Shown piece after piece: positions 1 through 9,649 of a stretch of 20,000 bases of DNA. The stretch's first letter is position 1; each line of letters opens with the position of its first letter. A program made the position numbers and the translations under genes. Origin of the DNA: Neophaeotheca triangularis (taxonomy: Eukaryota); the NCBI GenBank assembly GCA_054600435.1, contig BAAIJX010000080.1, positions 46,128 to 66,127 on the forward strand, in the 5' to 3' direction. The notes beneath the pieces are model-generated. The model was not told the DNA's origin, ran no database searches, and saw only the letters and a program-made list of their open reading frames with translations.

Positions 1-860
1 CATGGGCGCTTCAGCTCGTCATCGTGGTCTTGGGAGGGACCCACGATCTCAATCTCCTCGTCCAAAACACCCGCGTTACCGTCGTCGACATTGTCCCGAT
101 CTTCCTACTCCTCCACCTCCAGTTTCTCAGAGACTGGCACGTCTATGCCCCGAAGCTCTCGGCCTGGGTACTTTGAGAAATGATGCCAGTGCCACTCTGC
201 GATGTTACACCTGGCAATGAACAGACGTCAGGTTGTCACCGCCGAATAGAGGTCCGCCGATAGTGAAGCGGTCGACAAACTGAGCCATGGCGTAAAGACA
301 AGTATTGCGGATGCTTGTGGCAGCAGTGTCAATGCCCACGAGCTTGTTAGCATTGGTACCCATCTTCGCCGGTGTGGTATACAGATTTGGCAAGTGTGGA
401 CACTGGATCTTGAAGTCGGCTCGAAAGCTCTTTGAGTTGCGCGGGCGATACTCGGTTTCTTTCAGGCTCGTCGGGTTTCTTAGGCCCATCTTGCAAATTA
501 TCAGTCATGCTCATCGCGTTCCATCTCGCATCTACATCGGATGGGAATCCAGCGAAGCTCTCGTCTACACTTTCCGTGACGATTTCCTGGCGTTTCTGAT
601 CACTGCCAATTTCCTCATGCGAGGTCTCGAGTTCGCTGTTCTTGATATTTTCTTTTGACCGTTTCCTCTGCTCCTTTCTTTTCTCTAGGGTATCCGAACA
701 ATTAACAAGTGCATCAACGGCGGCGAGCAGCTTCTTGATCTCATCTTTCTTGTCACGGCCTTGTCAATCCCTCTTTGTAGTTCTTCGCGAGAGCCTCAGC
801 TTTCTGTTTGGCAATCCTATTCTCGGCCGCTTTTTAATCAGAGCTCTCAGCCTGTAGACC
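1..860 (-). pseudogene. Possible degraded or lineage-specific gene running off the left edge
   Basis: Coding-like K/E/D-rich open stretches lie in three different minus frames: 350-763 (138 codons stop to stop, DKKDEIKKLLAAVDALVNCSDTLEKRKEQRKRSKENIK...), 205-489, and 1-104 (EDRDNVDDGNAGVLDEEIEIVGPSQDHDDELKRP, preceded by TAG). A GCTAAC-AAG branch/acceptor lies at 351-343. There is no clear start, no strong donor and no recognised domain. Confidence 0.25.
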
Positions 861-1166
861 GCTATGCCTTCCTGAACCCGTAATAAGTACAATGGCAGAA
901 GGAACGCTGGCAACGTCAACTCACAGTGGCATCCAAGCTGCCTTCCATTACTGCTTAAGGTGTGTTATAACTACTAACATCAAAGCAACAGCTATAGCGC
1001 CAAACACAACCGCACAAGCCATTGGGTATCTCTGCCGCAAAACCAGCCATCCGACGCCCACAGCAGTGAAGCGTCCTTAGAAGAAAGAAACAAAGACGAG
1101 GCTCTATGCACCCGTAAAACGCCGCCCCTTTGCACCACAAGCAATGAAAAAACAAAAAAGAAACTT

Positions 1167-3647
1167 TCAAATACCGACATCCACGCCGGCCCTTTTTTTC
1201 CGCATCTTCCACTCCACCATAGCCACCTTCATCAAAATATCCTCATCCTTGATCGGGATGAAGCTCGTCAGCACTTTCATGGCGCCCTCAAAATCGCTAT
1301 CGAGCACAATCTCCTGCGTCGCATCCATAATGGCCGCCGAAGTCGCGTGCAGCACGTCGAGATCCGCGCCGCCAAAAGCCGGATTCGCCAACCGCGGAGT
1401 CGCATCGCCGAGGAGCATGAAAACGTCCCAAACGCGCAGTTGCGCCGCGTACGGGATACTCAGATTGAACAGCGTCAGGTACCAGCGGGTACCGTAAGCA
1501 GTCGAAGTGATGCCGTATTCGTCGAGTTTTGCGGCGACGGGGCCATGGCCGAGCCAGTCCTTTTCAAATTCTGATAGTGCGGCCATGAGCCCTTCGAAAC
1601 CCGCTTGGAAGAGCTGTTCCAGGCCTCGTAGCGTCCAGAGGCGCACCATCATGACGAAGGCGAGTTCTTCGTGGTAGTAGACGAGGAGTGTGGCTGCTAG
1701 ACTGGCCATGCCTTGCACGTAGCCCGTGTCGGGGCTCCAAAGAGCTATGGCGTGGAGGACGCGGAATAGCGTTCGTTGCCCGCCGCGGTAACGGCGCCGG
1801 AACATGATGTGCATGTTGATGGTTCGCGGGACGTCCACGTCAATTTGCACGTCGTCGGCGCAGTGGATGGATAGGAGGCGCTTGTAGGTCGAGATGAGCT
1901 CCTGGTCGGAAGGGCAGTTGCCGCGTTTGCGAGCGCTGCTGGTGAGGAAGCAGTACCATGCTTTTGCGCGCCAGCTTTCGGGGATACCTTTCCATGTCCT
2001 TTCTATGAGCTTCGGGTCGCTTGTATCGAATTCAAATTCCATGCCACCGCCTTTCTCGCTTCCGGGTGCGCGAATCGGTCGTGCCATCTTGGTCCACTTT
2101 TTTTCCCGATCAGTTTCCTTTTGGCGAGCAGCGATGGCCATTTTTCCCTCGTCGCCCCGTTCAGAGACATCTGCAAGTCCGGGAGGCAGTCTTAGCATAT
2201 CGCTAGCCCCGTCCGTGACACGTCTGGCTCGAGATCTGAAGAGACTCGAACTGACGGCCCGCGAAGTGGCAGATTGATAGCTGTGAAGCGAACTGGGACC
2301 GCGACTGCTGGCTATGTCCATGCTCGGTTTCGGGGGCACGGAACGAGAGGATCTAGCTGTCGATATTTTACGGCGTAGCTTTCTTTCCCGTCGTGGCTGC
2401 GCGGATTCCAACTGCAAAGCAGTCGCAACGCGCTGTATCTGGCCCCTCTCAGTCGTAGCCGGGGATGCGTCCGAAGCTGGTCTCCGCGGATCGATGAAGC
2501 CAAAGCGGTCCGTTGCTCCATGATCTACATCGTGCCAGTCCTCGTAGCCACCAGCAAGTTCAGTCGGCTCTTTGACGTAGCTGATGCGGGCTTCGGAGCT
2601 CGCAGACGTCAACCAGCTGGGTCTCTCTCGTATTTTTTCTGCTTTCAAGTCTTGACTGGCGCCCAAGCTCGGAGTACTTGTGTCTCTGTTCGATGCCTCG
2701 AGGGTACTTTCGTCGGCGCTATCGTCGCTCTTCGTCACGACCCATTGTGCGGCATTCTCATCCCCATGCTCGTACATGCTGCGGACTTTCATCGAAAATG
2801 ATATTTCCTCGGCAGATAATACCCTTCCACCCTGAATTGCAGCCTGCAGCATTTGTACACTGGGTGTCCGTCTCCCTGACTGTAATCCGGTCTTTTTCTC
2901 GTCGGCTTCGGGTGGATGCCCAGCTGTGGTTTGCGCTTGTGCAGTAGAGGGCTCCTGGACCACGGGCTCCTCGCCAGGCGTTTCCTTGTCACCCTCCGCA
3001 AATGAGGGAGTCTCCTCCAACCTCTTATTCAGCATCTCTTGCATCTTCTTGCCTCCAAACAGCAGACTGCCTCGGTTGGAGAAAGTGACCTTGTCCGAGG
3101 CGAGATCCCCAAAGTCGTCAGAATTGCCGGTCGGTATCTCAGCTTCAATGCCGTGGAAGCTCCTCAGCCTGTTATGTGTAGGATGTGCCGTCTTGGGTCG
3201 TTCTTCTCCTTTTGAACGCGCCTTGTTGATCGCAGTGAATAGTCCGCTCCTTTTCTCGCCTTTCCCATCCTGCACCACTATAGCAGGCAAGCTGGGTTGT
3301 TCCGCCGGTCCCGACTCGACGTAGCACTCACTTCCAGGATTGAGCAGAGAAGGTGCAACACCCGAGTCTCGCTTGATATCGTCAAGGTGTGACTCGCGAT
3401 CTATACGGTTTGGCGGGTTGGGTGAGGTTCGCGGTCTCTTCCGGGCACTTCCCACGTCACTTGTAAGAGAAGCTGTGGCCGATGGTCGGGGAGCTTTCAG
3501 TGCACCGATAGAGTCGACGGGTACGGGTAAGGATCCATTTGCGACGTCCTCGTAGCGAATAGACTGCAAGCGGACGGGAGCGTGAGGGGGTGGATGGGGT
3601 TCGCTTTCGCTGCTTGCCGCTGGCTCGCGGCTGGCCGTTGCTGCCAT
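1167..3647 (-). CDS. TBC-domain Rab GTPase-activating protein, 826 aa, with a long low-complexity N-terminus
   Basis: Uninterrupted ORF. The C-terminal TBC domain has WKGIPESWRAKAW, the arginine finger IxxDxxR (QIDVDVPRT), the glutamine finger YxQ (GYVQGM), and YGTRWYLTLF...LRVWDVF. Confidence 0.93.
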   Translation of the reverse strand: MAATASREPAASSESEPHPPPHAPVRLQSIRYEDVANGSLPVPVDSIGALKAPRPSATASLTSDVGSARKRPRTSPNPPNRIDRESHLDDIKRDSGVAPSLLNPGSECYVESGPAEQPSLPAIVVQDGKGEKRSGLFTAINKARSKGEERPKTAHPTHNRLRSFHGIEAEIPTGNSDDFGDLASDKVTFSNRGSLLFGGKKMQEMLNKRLEETPSFAEGDKETPGEEPVVQEPSTAQAQTTAGHPPEADEKKTGLQSGRRTPSVQMLQAAIQGGRVLSAEEISFSMKVRSMYEHGDENAAQWVVTKSDDSADESTLEASNRDTSTPSLGASQDLKAEKIRERPSWLTSASSEARISYVKEPTELAGGYEDWHDVDHGATDRFGFIDPRRPASDASPATTERGQIQRVATALQLESAQPRRERKLRRKISTARSSRSVPPKPSMDIASSRGPSSLHSYQSATSRAVSSSLFRSRARRVTDGASDMLRLPPGLADVSERGDEGKMAIAARQKETDREKKWTKMARPIRAPGSEKGGGMEFEFDTSDPKLIERTWKGIPESWRAKAWYCFLTSSARKRGNCPSDQELISTYKRLLSIHCADDVQIDVDVPRTINMHIMFRRRYRGGQRTLFRVLHAIALWSPDTGYVQGMASLAATLLVYYHEELAFVMMVRLWTLRGLEQLFQAGFEGLMAALSEFEKDWLGHGPVAAKLDEYGITSTAYGTRWYLTLFNLSIPYAAQLRVWDVFMLLGDATPRLANPAFGGADLDVLHATSAAIMDATQEIVLDSDFEGAMKVLTSFIPIKDEDILMKVAMVEWKMRKKRAGVDVGI

Positions 3648-3731
3648 AGCCGCGGCGGCACCGTCCCTTACTTCTCAACTACCACTCCCCAGGCACGCGA
3701 TCCTTGGTCGATGGAAAGCAGTGTTATTGCG

Positions 3732-3778
3732 CTGGGAGCGGAAGGTCAGAACTCAGAAGCTGGTAGCGAGTACCTTAC
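3732..3778 (-). other. Probable 47-nt 5'UTR intron of the TBC gene
   Basis: Minus strand reads GTAAGG (3778) ... TTCTGAC branch ... pyrimidine-rich CTTCCGCTCCCAG (ends 3732). An in-frame stop between this intron and the ATG at 3647 makes it non-coding. Confidence 0.5.
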
Positions 3779-4491
3779 CCTGAAAATCGTAGGAAGCGTC
3801 AAGCAGGAGTTTGGACCTGGATGAGGATGCGATGCGGATGCAGGAGCGGGAACTCGGATGGTTGCGTCTTCGACTTTGGTGGACGAGTACCGTGCGATGT
3901 ACCTAGTAGTGTTCTAACGTTACGCCTCCGTAGCACGTGCTGCGAAGTTCTTCCTTTTGAGATGATCCTCTTATACTGCGTCGCGCATTATTGCGACTTG
4001 GACACGCTGTTGAAGCAGAGCTCGAGGTAGGAGGGACGGGATGGTCACGAATAAGACGAAGGAGCTGATGCACGTCTCGCAACTAATACTAACCCAACCG
4101 CGAGTAGTAAGTATTGTTTGGAACGTAGGTAAAGAAAGGGGTCTACGTTAATACCTTAATGCCCTGGTCATGCATATTCAATGCAGGTTTGATTAGTGCT
4201 CCCGGGGTCTGCAACGGATACGAATGACCACTACTACCCGACGTTATAGGTACTGATTCCAGGCCCACCAAGACTCCGCAATCTGCACGCTTGATACACA
4301 ACCATGACTTTTCTACACGCAGGATCTGGGTCAACGAGACAGACCTTGGCACATCACCTCGAGGCCATCGTCTGAAGTATCAACCATTGTAAGAAGGGGG
4401 ACATCACGTGGAGCATCAAGAAGACAAGAGGTTTCGAGCTCCATCTTGAATGCTCCAACGGTGGAGTCGCGCCCCCCTTCAGTGCCACACA

Positions 4492-6088
4492 TCACGACGT
4501 AACAACACCATACCATACCAAGCCTGCAACAGCCCCGAGCACAATAGCCAGGGGAGGAGACAGCCCAAAATGCTTGCCCCCAACAAAGCTCGTAGCCACG
4601 ACAACCACCCACCACGGATCCCTCGACAAACTCCCACCAGCTTGCACATCCGCATCCAAATACCCTATCTCAAACAACCTATACACAGCACCGAAAACCA
4701 AGCCCACAGCAGTCGCATGTACACCCCGTAGACCAGCCTTGACCGCCTGAATCCTCCTCACCGTACTCCAAATTCCCATGAACCCAGTATGCAGCCATAG
4801 CCCGGGCGCGAAAATGGCAACGTACGCCAGCACGGCTCCGACGACGCTCGGATAGCTTGACCCCGCCATGGCCAGGCTGCCGAGATAGACTGCGAAGTTG
4901 AAGTTCGGGCCCGGGAAGGCTTGCGTGATGGCGAGGCCGAGCAGGAAGTCTCGCGGGCTCACCCAACCTTCGGCTACGATGTATTCGCGCAGTAGAGGGA
5001 TCACTACCGGGCCGCCTCCGAAGATGATGGTGCCGGCTAGGAAGAGGTTTGCGAAGACGTCGAAGGCGCGGGAGAGGCCGTTTTGCGTGCCGCGCAGGAC
5101 CATGGTTATGATGAAAACCGTGGCGAAGGACGCGAGGACGGCTGTTCCGACTTTCCAACTCGTCAGAGATTGGGGAGCTGGTGTTGCGTTGTCTGGAAGC
5201 TCTGGCTCAGTAGGACGCTGCTCGTTGGTAGTATGCTCCTTGGCGCCATGTCGAGCGTGCAAGCCGGCGGCATTGGCCTCGGGCGTTGAGGGACTGCTAG
5301 ACCGCGCCAGCTCGATCTCGTTGTCGTCCCTACGCTCATTCGAAGGCTGAGTCTTGACCATGCTCCGGTAAAGCCGATGCAGTAGCTTTAGATCCCACAC
5401 AACAGTAACGATCCCCCCAGCCACCAACAACACGGGAAAGTACCACAGCGCATTATAAAGAATACCTGCAGCCGCTCCAAAAAACACCAAACACCTGGTC
5501 AAAGTATCCGTAATAGCCTTATTCGACAACTGCACAGCAGCCAGCGCGACAATGCCCACGGTCGCCGAATTCAACCCCGAAAGCAAAGCATACACAGGGC
5601 CCGGCAACTCATCCCCAATACTAGCAACCCCTAGCCCGAGCCCAAAAGCCGCGACAGCCATTGGAAGACTCCACACCAAGAACGCGCCCACGCCGGTCCA
5701 GAACCCATAGTGCAGCGCGTTCACAGCGTACAGCATCTTGGTCGAACCGGGCCCGCACAGCGCCTGACAGAGCGCGAACATCTCCTGGTAGCTCTGCTCG
5801 TCCAGCCAGGCGTACTTTTCCACAAACAGGCGGCGGAATATCTGAAAATGTACGGTCGGGCCACCTTTCTCATCATGATAGAGATGTTTAGTTTTCGTCC
5901 TTTGTGGGTGGTTTTTTGGTGGTTTTGAGCGAGGGCAACTCACCGAATGAAGTGAAACCCAGGTGCCAGTTGTGGCAGAGCATGTCCATGGCCGCGATAG
6001 ATGCGACGGCTTCGCCTCCGGGCAGGAGTTTGTCGCGTGCATCGCGGAAGCCGTGGCGGATACGGCTTATGACGGAGAAGAGGCCCAT
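4492..6088 (-). CDS. CHR-family (chromate ion) transporter, long two-domain type, about 505 aa; exons 6088-5944 and 5864-4492
   Basis: Splicing a 79-nt intron (5943-5865; GTGAGT...CTAAAC...AAG) joins MGLFSVISRIRH...WHLGFTSFG to GPTVHFQIF, rebuilding the first FGG motif. Also QALCGPGST, and in the second repeat GTIIFGGGPVVIPLL and QAFPGPNFNFAVYLG, with many hydrophobic segments. The N-terminus in the ORF track (6042) is an artefact of the intron. Confidence 0.92.
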
Positions 6089-6801
6089 GGTGAGCTGTAT
6101 AACTTGATGAGTGGGTGCCGCTCGAAGTGCCAATGCAGTCTGGAGTGTGCGCGTGGGTGTTGAAAGCGCGGTACGCGAGATGGTATCGAGGCACTGGAGG
6201 CGCAGCAATGAACGTAAGAGTGCGTTGATAAGTGTTCACGATGAAATATATATGTACATACATTGTCGGCCAAGATAGGTGTGGTCTGCCTAGCAGCCAG
6301 GGTGTTGCAGCCAATCAATCCGGACGAAGATGGCACGCCGTCTACTCTCGGTACCTAGGTACCTAACATATATTACCATTGCCTACACAATCAAAGACTT
6401 CGTGAAAGGAAGTGAGAGACGTGGTTTGTTAAGGTGTTCCTACCGTGATTCGGCCCACCGGTTTCCCGCGTTGCTTTGCTCACGCTGTGCGAGGTGGTAA
6501 AGAGACGGCGCCCCTTGGTAATAATGCGACAATGGCGTTAGGAGATACCCAGGAGCTTCGACGAAGTGTAATTGACAGCTATATAGAGCTGGCGATATAG
6601 AAGAGGTATAGGTACATGGAGCATTGTGGATGTTATCCGTGACTCGAGATGCCCTGGAAAGAATTGCGTTTAGTCACGCTTATTAAGAACGATACTCGAA
6701 AAAGTAAGGTTGTCATTCACAGGGCGTAGCCGTACAATAAATTAAGTCGCAAATAATCCACCTAGCCTTAGAAAACCGCCTTTCACGCAAGCCTAAGCAC
6801 A

Positions 6802-7749
6802 ATGTCATCCCTTCCATTCGTCACGCTGGATGTCTTCACGCAAGACCGCTTTCGAGGAAATCCACTCGCCGTCGTGGAGCTACCCGCAGGCACCAAGGAC
6901 GAAAGCCCGCTACCAACAGGTCTCCTGCAAACCATTGCGAGCGAGTTCAATCTCAGCGAGACTGTTTTCCTGCACGAAAAAGTCGATAAAGATGAGAGCG
7001 GCGTACCTCAATGGCGCGTGCGCATCTTCACGACCGAGTCCGAATTGCCGTTTGCGGGACACCCGACGATAGGCACGGCGGTCTACGCCCTAGGAACGCT
7101 GGCTGGGGTGGAAAAGGGTCGCTTTATCTGCAATGCTGGCCCCATTGACCTTGAACTTGCTGGCGGCGTTGCGCAGGCGTCTATTCCGCATAATGTGCAC
7201 GTCCATACCGAGAATCAGGTGACCAGCGACAATGTTTCGAAACTTCAGCCAGCTCTGCAAGGCAAAACCGCATCGATATCGAACATAGCCGTGGTGAGCC
7301 CAGTCAAAGGCATGAACTTCATCTGCGTGGAGCTCGAAAAGCTAGAAGATTTAGCCTCGGTAGAGACGTCCAGCTCGAAGCCCCGGGCGAAATTGGATGC
7401 CGAATGGGACACTGGCTTTACCGGCTCGTATTTCTATGTGATAACCAAATCGACAAGCCGGGAGCATGGCGGAAAGGCCTCAGTCTCGGTCCAGACACGC
7501 ATGATCGAGGGTGCTCTAGAGGATCCGGCAACTGGTTCTGCGGCTTGTGGCCTCTCCGCTTATCTGGCGATGAGGCTGAAATTGGCGCGGGAGGTATCGT
7601 TCAATATCGTGCAAGGAATGGAGATGGGACGGAGGAGTGATATCGGTGTCGATATCGCGCTGAAGCAGAGCATGGATGCCGTGGAGAAGGTCGTGCTGAA
7701 AGGGGCCGCAATAAAGGTGATGGAGGGAAAGGTGGATTACGACGCCTGA
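6802..7749 (+). CDS. PhzF/PhzC-family (diaminopimelate epimerase-like fold) isomerase, 315 aa
   Basis: Family motifs LDVFT..F.GNPLAVV, EFNLSETVF (catalytic Glu), RIFT..ELPFAGHPTIG, EDPATGSAAC and QGMEMGRRS. Good start context (cacaATG). No intron. Confidence 0.93.
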   Translation: MSSLPFVTLDVFTQDRFRGNPLAVVELPAGTKDESPLPTGLLQTIASEFNLSETVFLHEKVDKDESGVPQWRVRIFTTESELPFAGHPTIGTAVYALGTLAGVEKGRFICNAGPIDLELAGGVAQASIPHNVHVHTENQVTSDNVSKLQPALQGKTASISNIAVVSPVKGMNFICVELEKLEDLASVETSSSKPRAKLDAEWDTGFTGSYFYVITKSTSREHGGKASVSVQTRMIEGALEDPATGSAACGLSAYLAMRLKLAREVSFNIVQGMEMGRRSDIGVDIALKQSMDAVEKVVLKGAAIKVMEGKVDYDA

Positions 7750-7784
7750 GTGAGCGCCGTCTTAGACACCCTTGAGTCGACCAG

Positions 7785-9317
7785 TTAGAACTCCATGGTG
7801 TCAGCGCTGGCAGCTGCATCCCGGTTCCTCTTGTTGCTTGTGCTTTCCTCCTTCAGTAGCGAGGAAACATGGCCCCTGAAGTACTCAATATACGGTTTGA
7901 TGCTTGTCTTCTGCCAGTCAGCCACCTGCGCTCTCTGCTCGTTTGGCATTGAAGTGTGCTCTTTGTCCCAGTCGTCGATCTCTTGCAACAATTGCGTGAC
8001 TGTAGGAACGTCGAACGGGTCGAAGTCCTCCAAGCTGCGGACGTCAATAGGCACGCAGACTCTTCCAGTACCGGGATGAATCACAAATGGCGATTTGAGC
8101 AAATGGTTCAACTTCTTCGAGACCTCAGCATCAAGGCGAGGATAGGTGTACTCGAGTCGTATGTCTTGCTTTGCCTCCATGAGTTGCCTTCCGGCCCCTG
8201 CAGTGAGCTCCCCAGCTTCAGCCACGGCATCAATGTCTGCCCATTTCTGCACCGAGCTACGATTCGGCGCACTGTCCCACTTCTTTTGCAGAGCCTTTGT
8301 GAGCTTGGGGTCAGGGAGTAACGCCAAAAGCTTCTCGGCTTGCTCTGCAGTCCGCCACGGGTCCTGCTCCTCCAGAATGTCGCTTTGAAAGTAGGGGTTC
8401 AAAACCTTGAGACTCCGATCGATATGAGGGTGTAACGGCCGTCTTATGCTCGTCCTCTTTCCGTGATCACTCCCTTGAATCAGCGTGAGATATCCAGCCA
8501 CAGCTTTACGCTTTTGGTCGTCCATCTCGCGAGCTTTCTTGTCACTTATCCAAGCGTGTGCACCTCGACGACCAGAATAGACCCACAGAATGTGTTGGAA
8601 GTCAAAGTCTTCTCTAAGCGCAGTGTCGACAACCTTGATGGCCATGACCATGAACTGCCAACACTTCCTGCAAATATTGGCGCCCGTGCAGCACGTACGT
8701 ATAGGGTCGTAGTCTGTCAAGTCTATGTCGAAGACCAGCTCCTTCATGATTGGCCTGAACGCGCTCGCCTTGCGGATGCTTTTGCGGTCCTTTGGATTGA
8801 GGGTGTACTGTGGACCAATTTCGAAGCGCGTAGGAGTCAAATTGATAGCCTGCTTGCGGAAAACGTCTGCAGACGGGAACGCTTGGTATCGAAGGTAGGC
8901 ATCGTTGGGAAGGACAAAGGCGAACTCGCGGTTCTGGAAATCTGGTTGTGGAGCAGCTCCGTGATTGAGCCATTGGAAGAGCGGTCGGAAGGGGAAAAGA
9001 CGTTGATAGAACTGCTTGAGGTTGTCCGGATCGGAGTACTTGGGCTTAGGGTTTGCCGGCAGTTCAGCCTGAGAGCTGTCCGCTGCCCGTGTTGGTGCAC
9101 TCGAGGAGAATTCGTCGTCTTCATCATCGTCGTCGTCGAACATGTCCTCCAGCCGCGTCTCAATCTGCGTCAAATTCTCGGCTGGGGCATCCTGCATCGT
9201 CTCATCTTGCGCGGCTTGAGAATCGCTCTCGTTCGTGGGCGCCTCTGGAAGTACCGTATCCTCCCCATCTCTTGGTGAACGTTCGGCCGCCGGCGGCGAC
9301 GAAGTTGCGTGTGGCAT
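7785..9317 (-). CDS. PRI1: DNA primase small (catalytic) subunit, 510 aa
   Basis: Archaeo-eukaryotic primase motifs KELVFDIDLTDY (DxD), Zn-binding RTCC...CRKCW, YSGRRGAH, YPRLD and HLLKSPFVIHPGTG. First in-frame ATG is at 9317 (MPHATSS). No intron. Confidence 0.96.
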   Translation of the reverse strand: MPHATSSPPAAERSPRDGEDTVLPEAPTNESDSQAAQDETMQDAPAENLTQIETRLEDMFDDDDDEDDEFSSSAPTRAADSSQAELPANPKPKYSDPDNLKQFYQRLFPFRPLFQWLNHGAAPQPDFQNREFAFVLPNDAYLRYQAFPSADVFRKQAINLTPTRFEIGPQYTLNPKDRKSIRKASAFRPIMKELVFDIDLTDYDPIRTCCTGANICRKCWQFMVMAIKVVDTALREDFDFQHILWVYSGRRGAHAWISDKKAREMDDQKRKAVAGYLTLIQGSDHGKRTSIRRPLHPHIDRSLKVLNPYFQSDILEEQDPWRTAEQAEKLLALLPDPKLTKALQKKWDSAPNRSSVQKWADIDAVAEAGELTAGAGRQLMEAKQDIRLEYTYPRLDAEVSKKLNHLLKSPFVIHPGTGRVCVPIDVRSLEDFDPFDVPTVTQLLQEIDDWDKEHTSMPNEQRAQVADWQKTSIKPYIEYFRGHVSSLLKEESTSNKRNRDAAASADTMEF

Positions 9318-9446
9318 GATTAGGTTGCCTTGACAATGCCGTATTCTGCTCTGTGAGATGGCAAGATTACGTTCGTTGCGTCTGATCGAGTTCAAGAGGT
9401 GGATGTGTGTACGTTCAGAATAGACGGGACCTCGAAAAATTGGAGG

Positions 9447-9481
9447 ACGCGACCACGCGATCTAGCGCGCTTTCCTCGCGA
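9447..9481. promoter_or_regulatory. Cluster of four CGCG cores (MCB/MBF-like elements) in the divergent PRI1/DUF1917 promoter
   Basis: ACGCGA 9447-9452, ACGCGA 9455-9460, GCGCGC 9465-9470 and TCGCGA 9476-9481, about 130-165 bp upstream of the PRI1 ATG. DNA replication genes are classic MBF (ACGCG) targets in ascomycetes. Confidence 0.6.
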
Positions 9482-9649
9482 TCGCTAAAGCCGAGTCAAC
9501 TCCGCTCAGGACTTCAGTCAGCCTCTATAGTGCCTACACCAAGCTAGGTACATCCACGTACGCCACGTTTGACCTACAATCCTGCGTCGGTGCACATTCA
9601 AAACGAACTGGGCAAGCCCGCTCTTGTTCGTGTCACTGCCAGAGGATCA

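Noticed and set aside
5865..6042. Apparent frameshift or odd N-terminus of the chromate transporter ORF
   Set aside because: Fully explained by a canonical 79-nt intron.
6802..7749. Phenazine cluster or horizontal transfer suggested by the intronless PhzF-like gene
   Set aside because: No other phz genes are nearby, stand-alone PhzF homologues are common in fungi, and neighbouring core genes (PRI1, DIM1) are also intronless.
8463..9278. 271-aa plus-strand ORF
   Set aside because: Antisense shadow of PRI1; non-ATG start and no recognisable domain.
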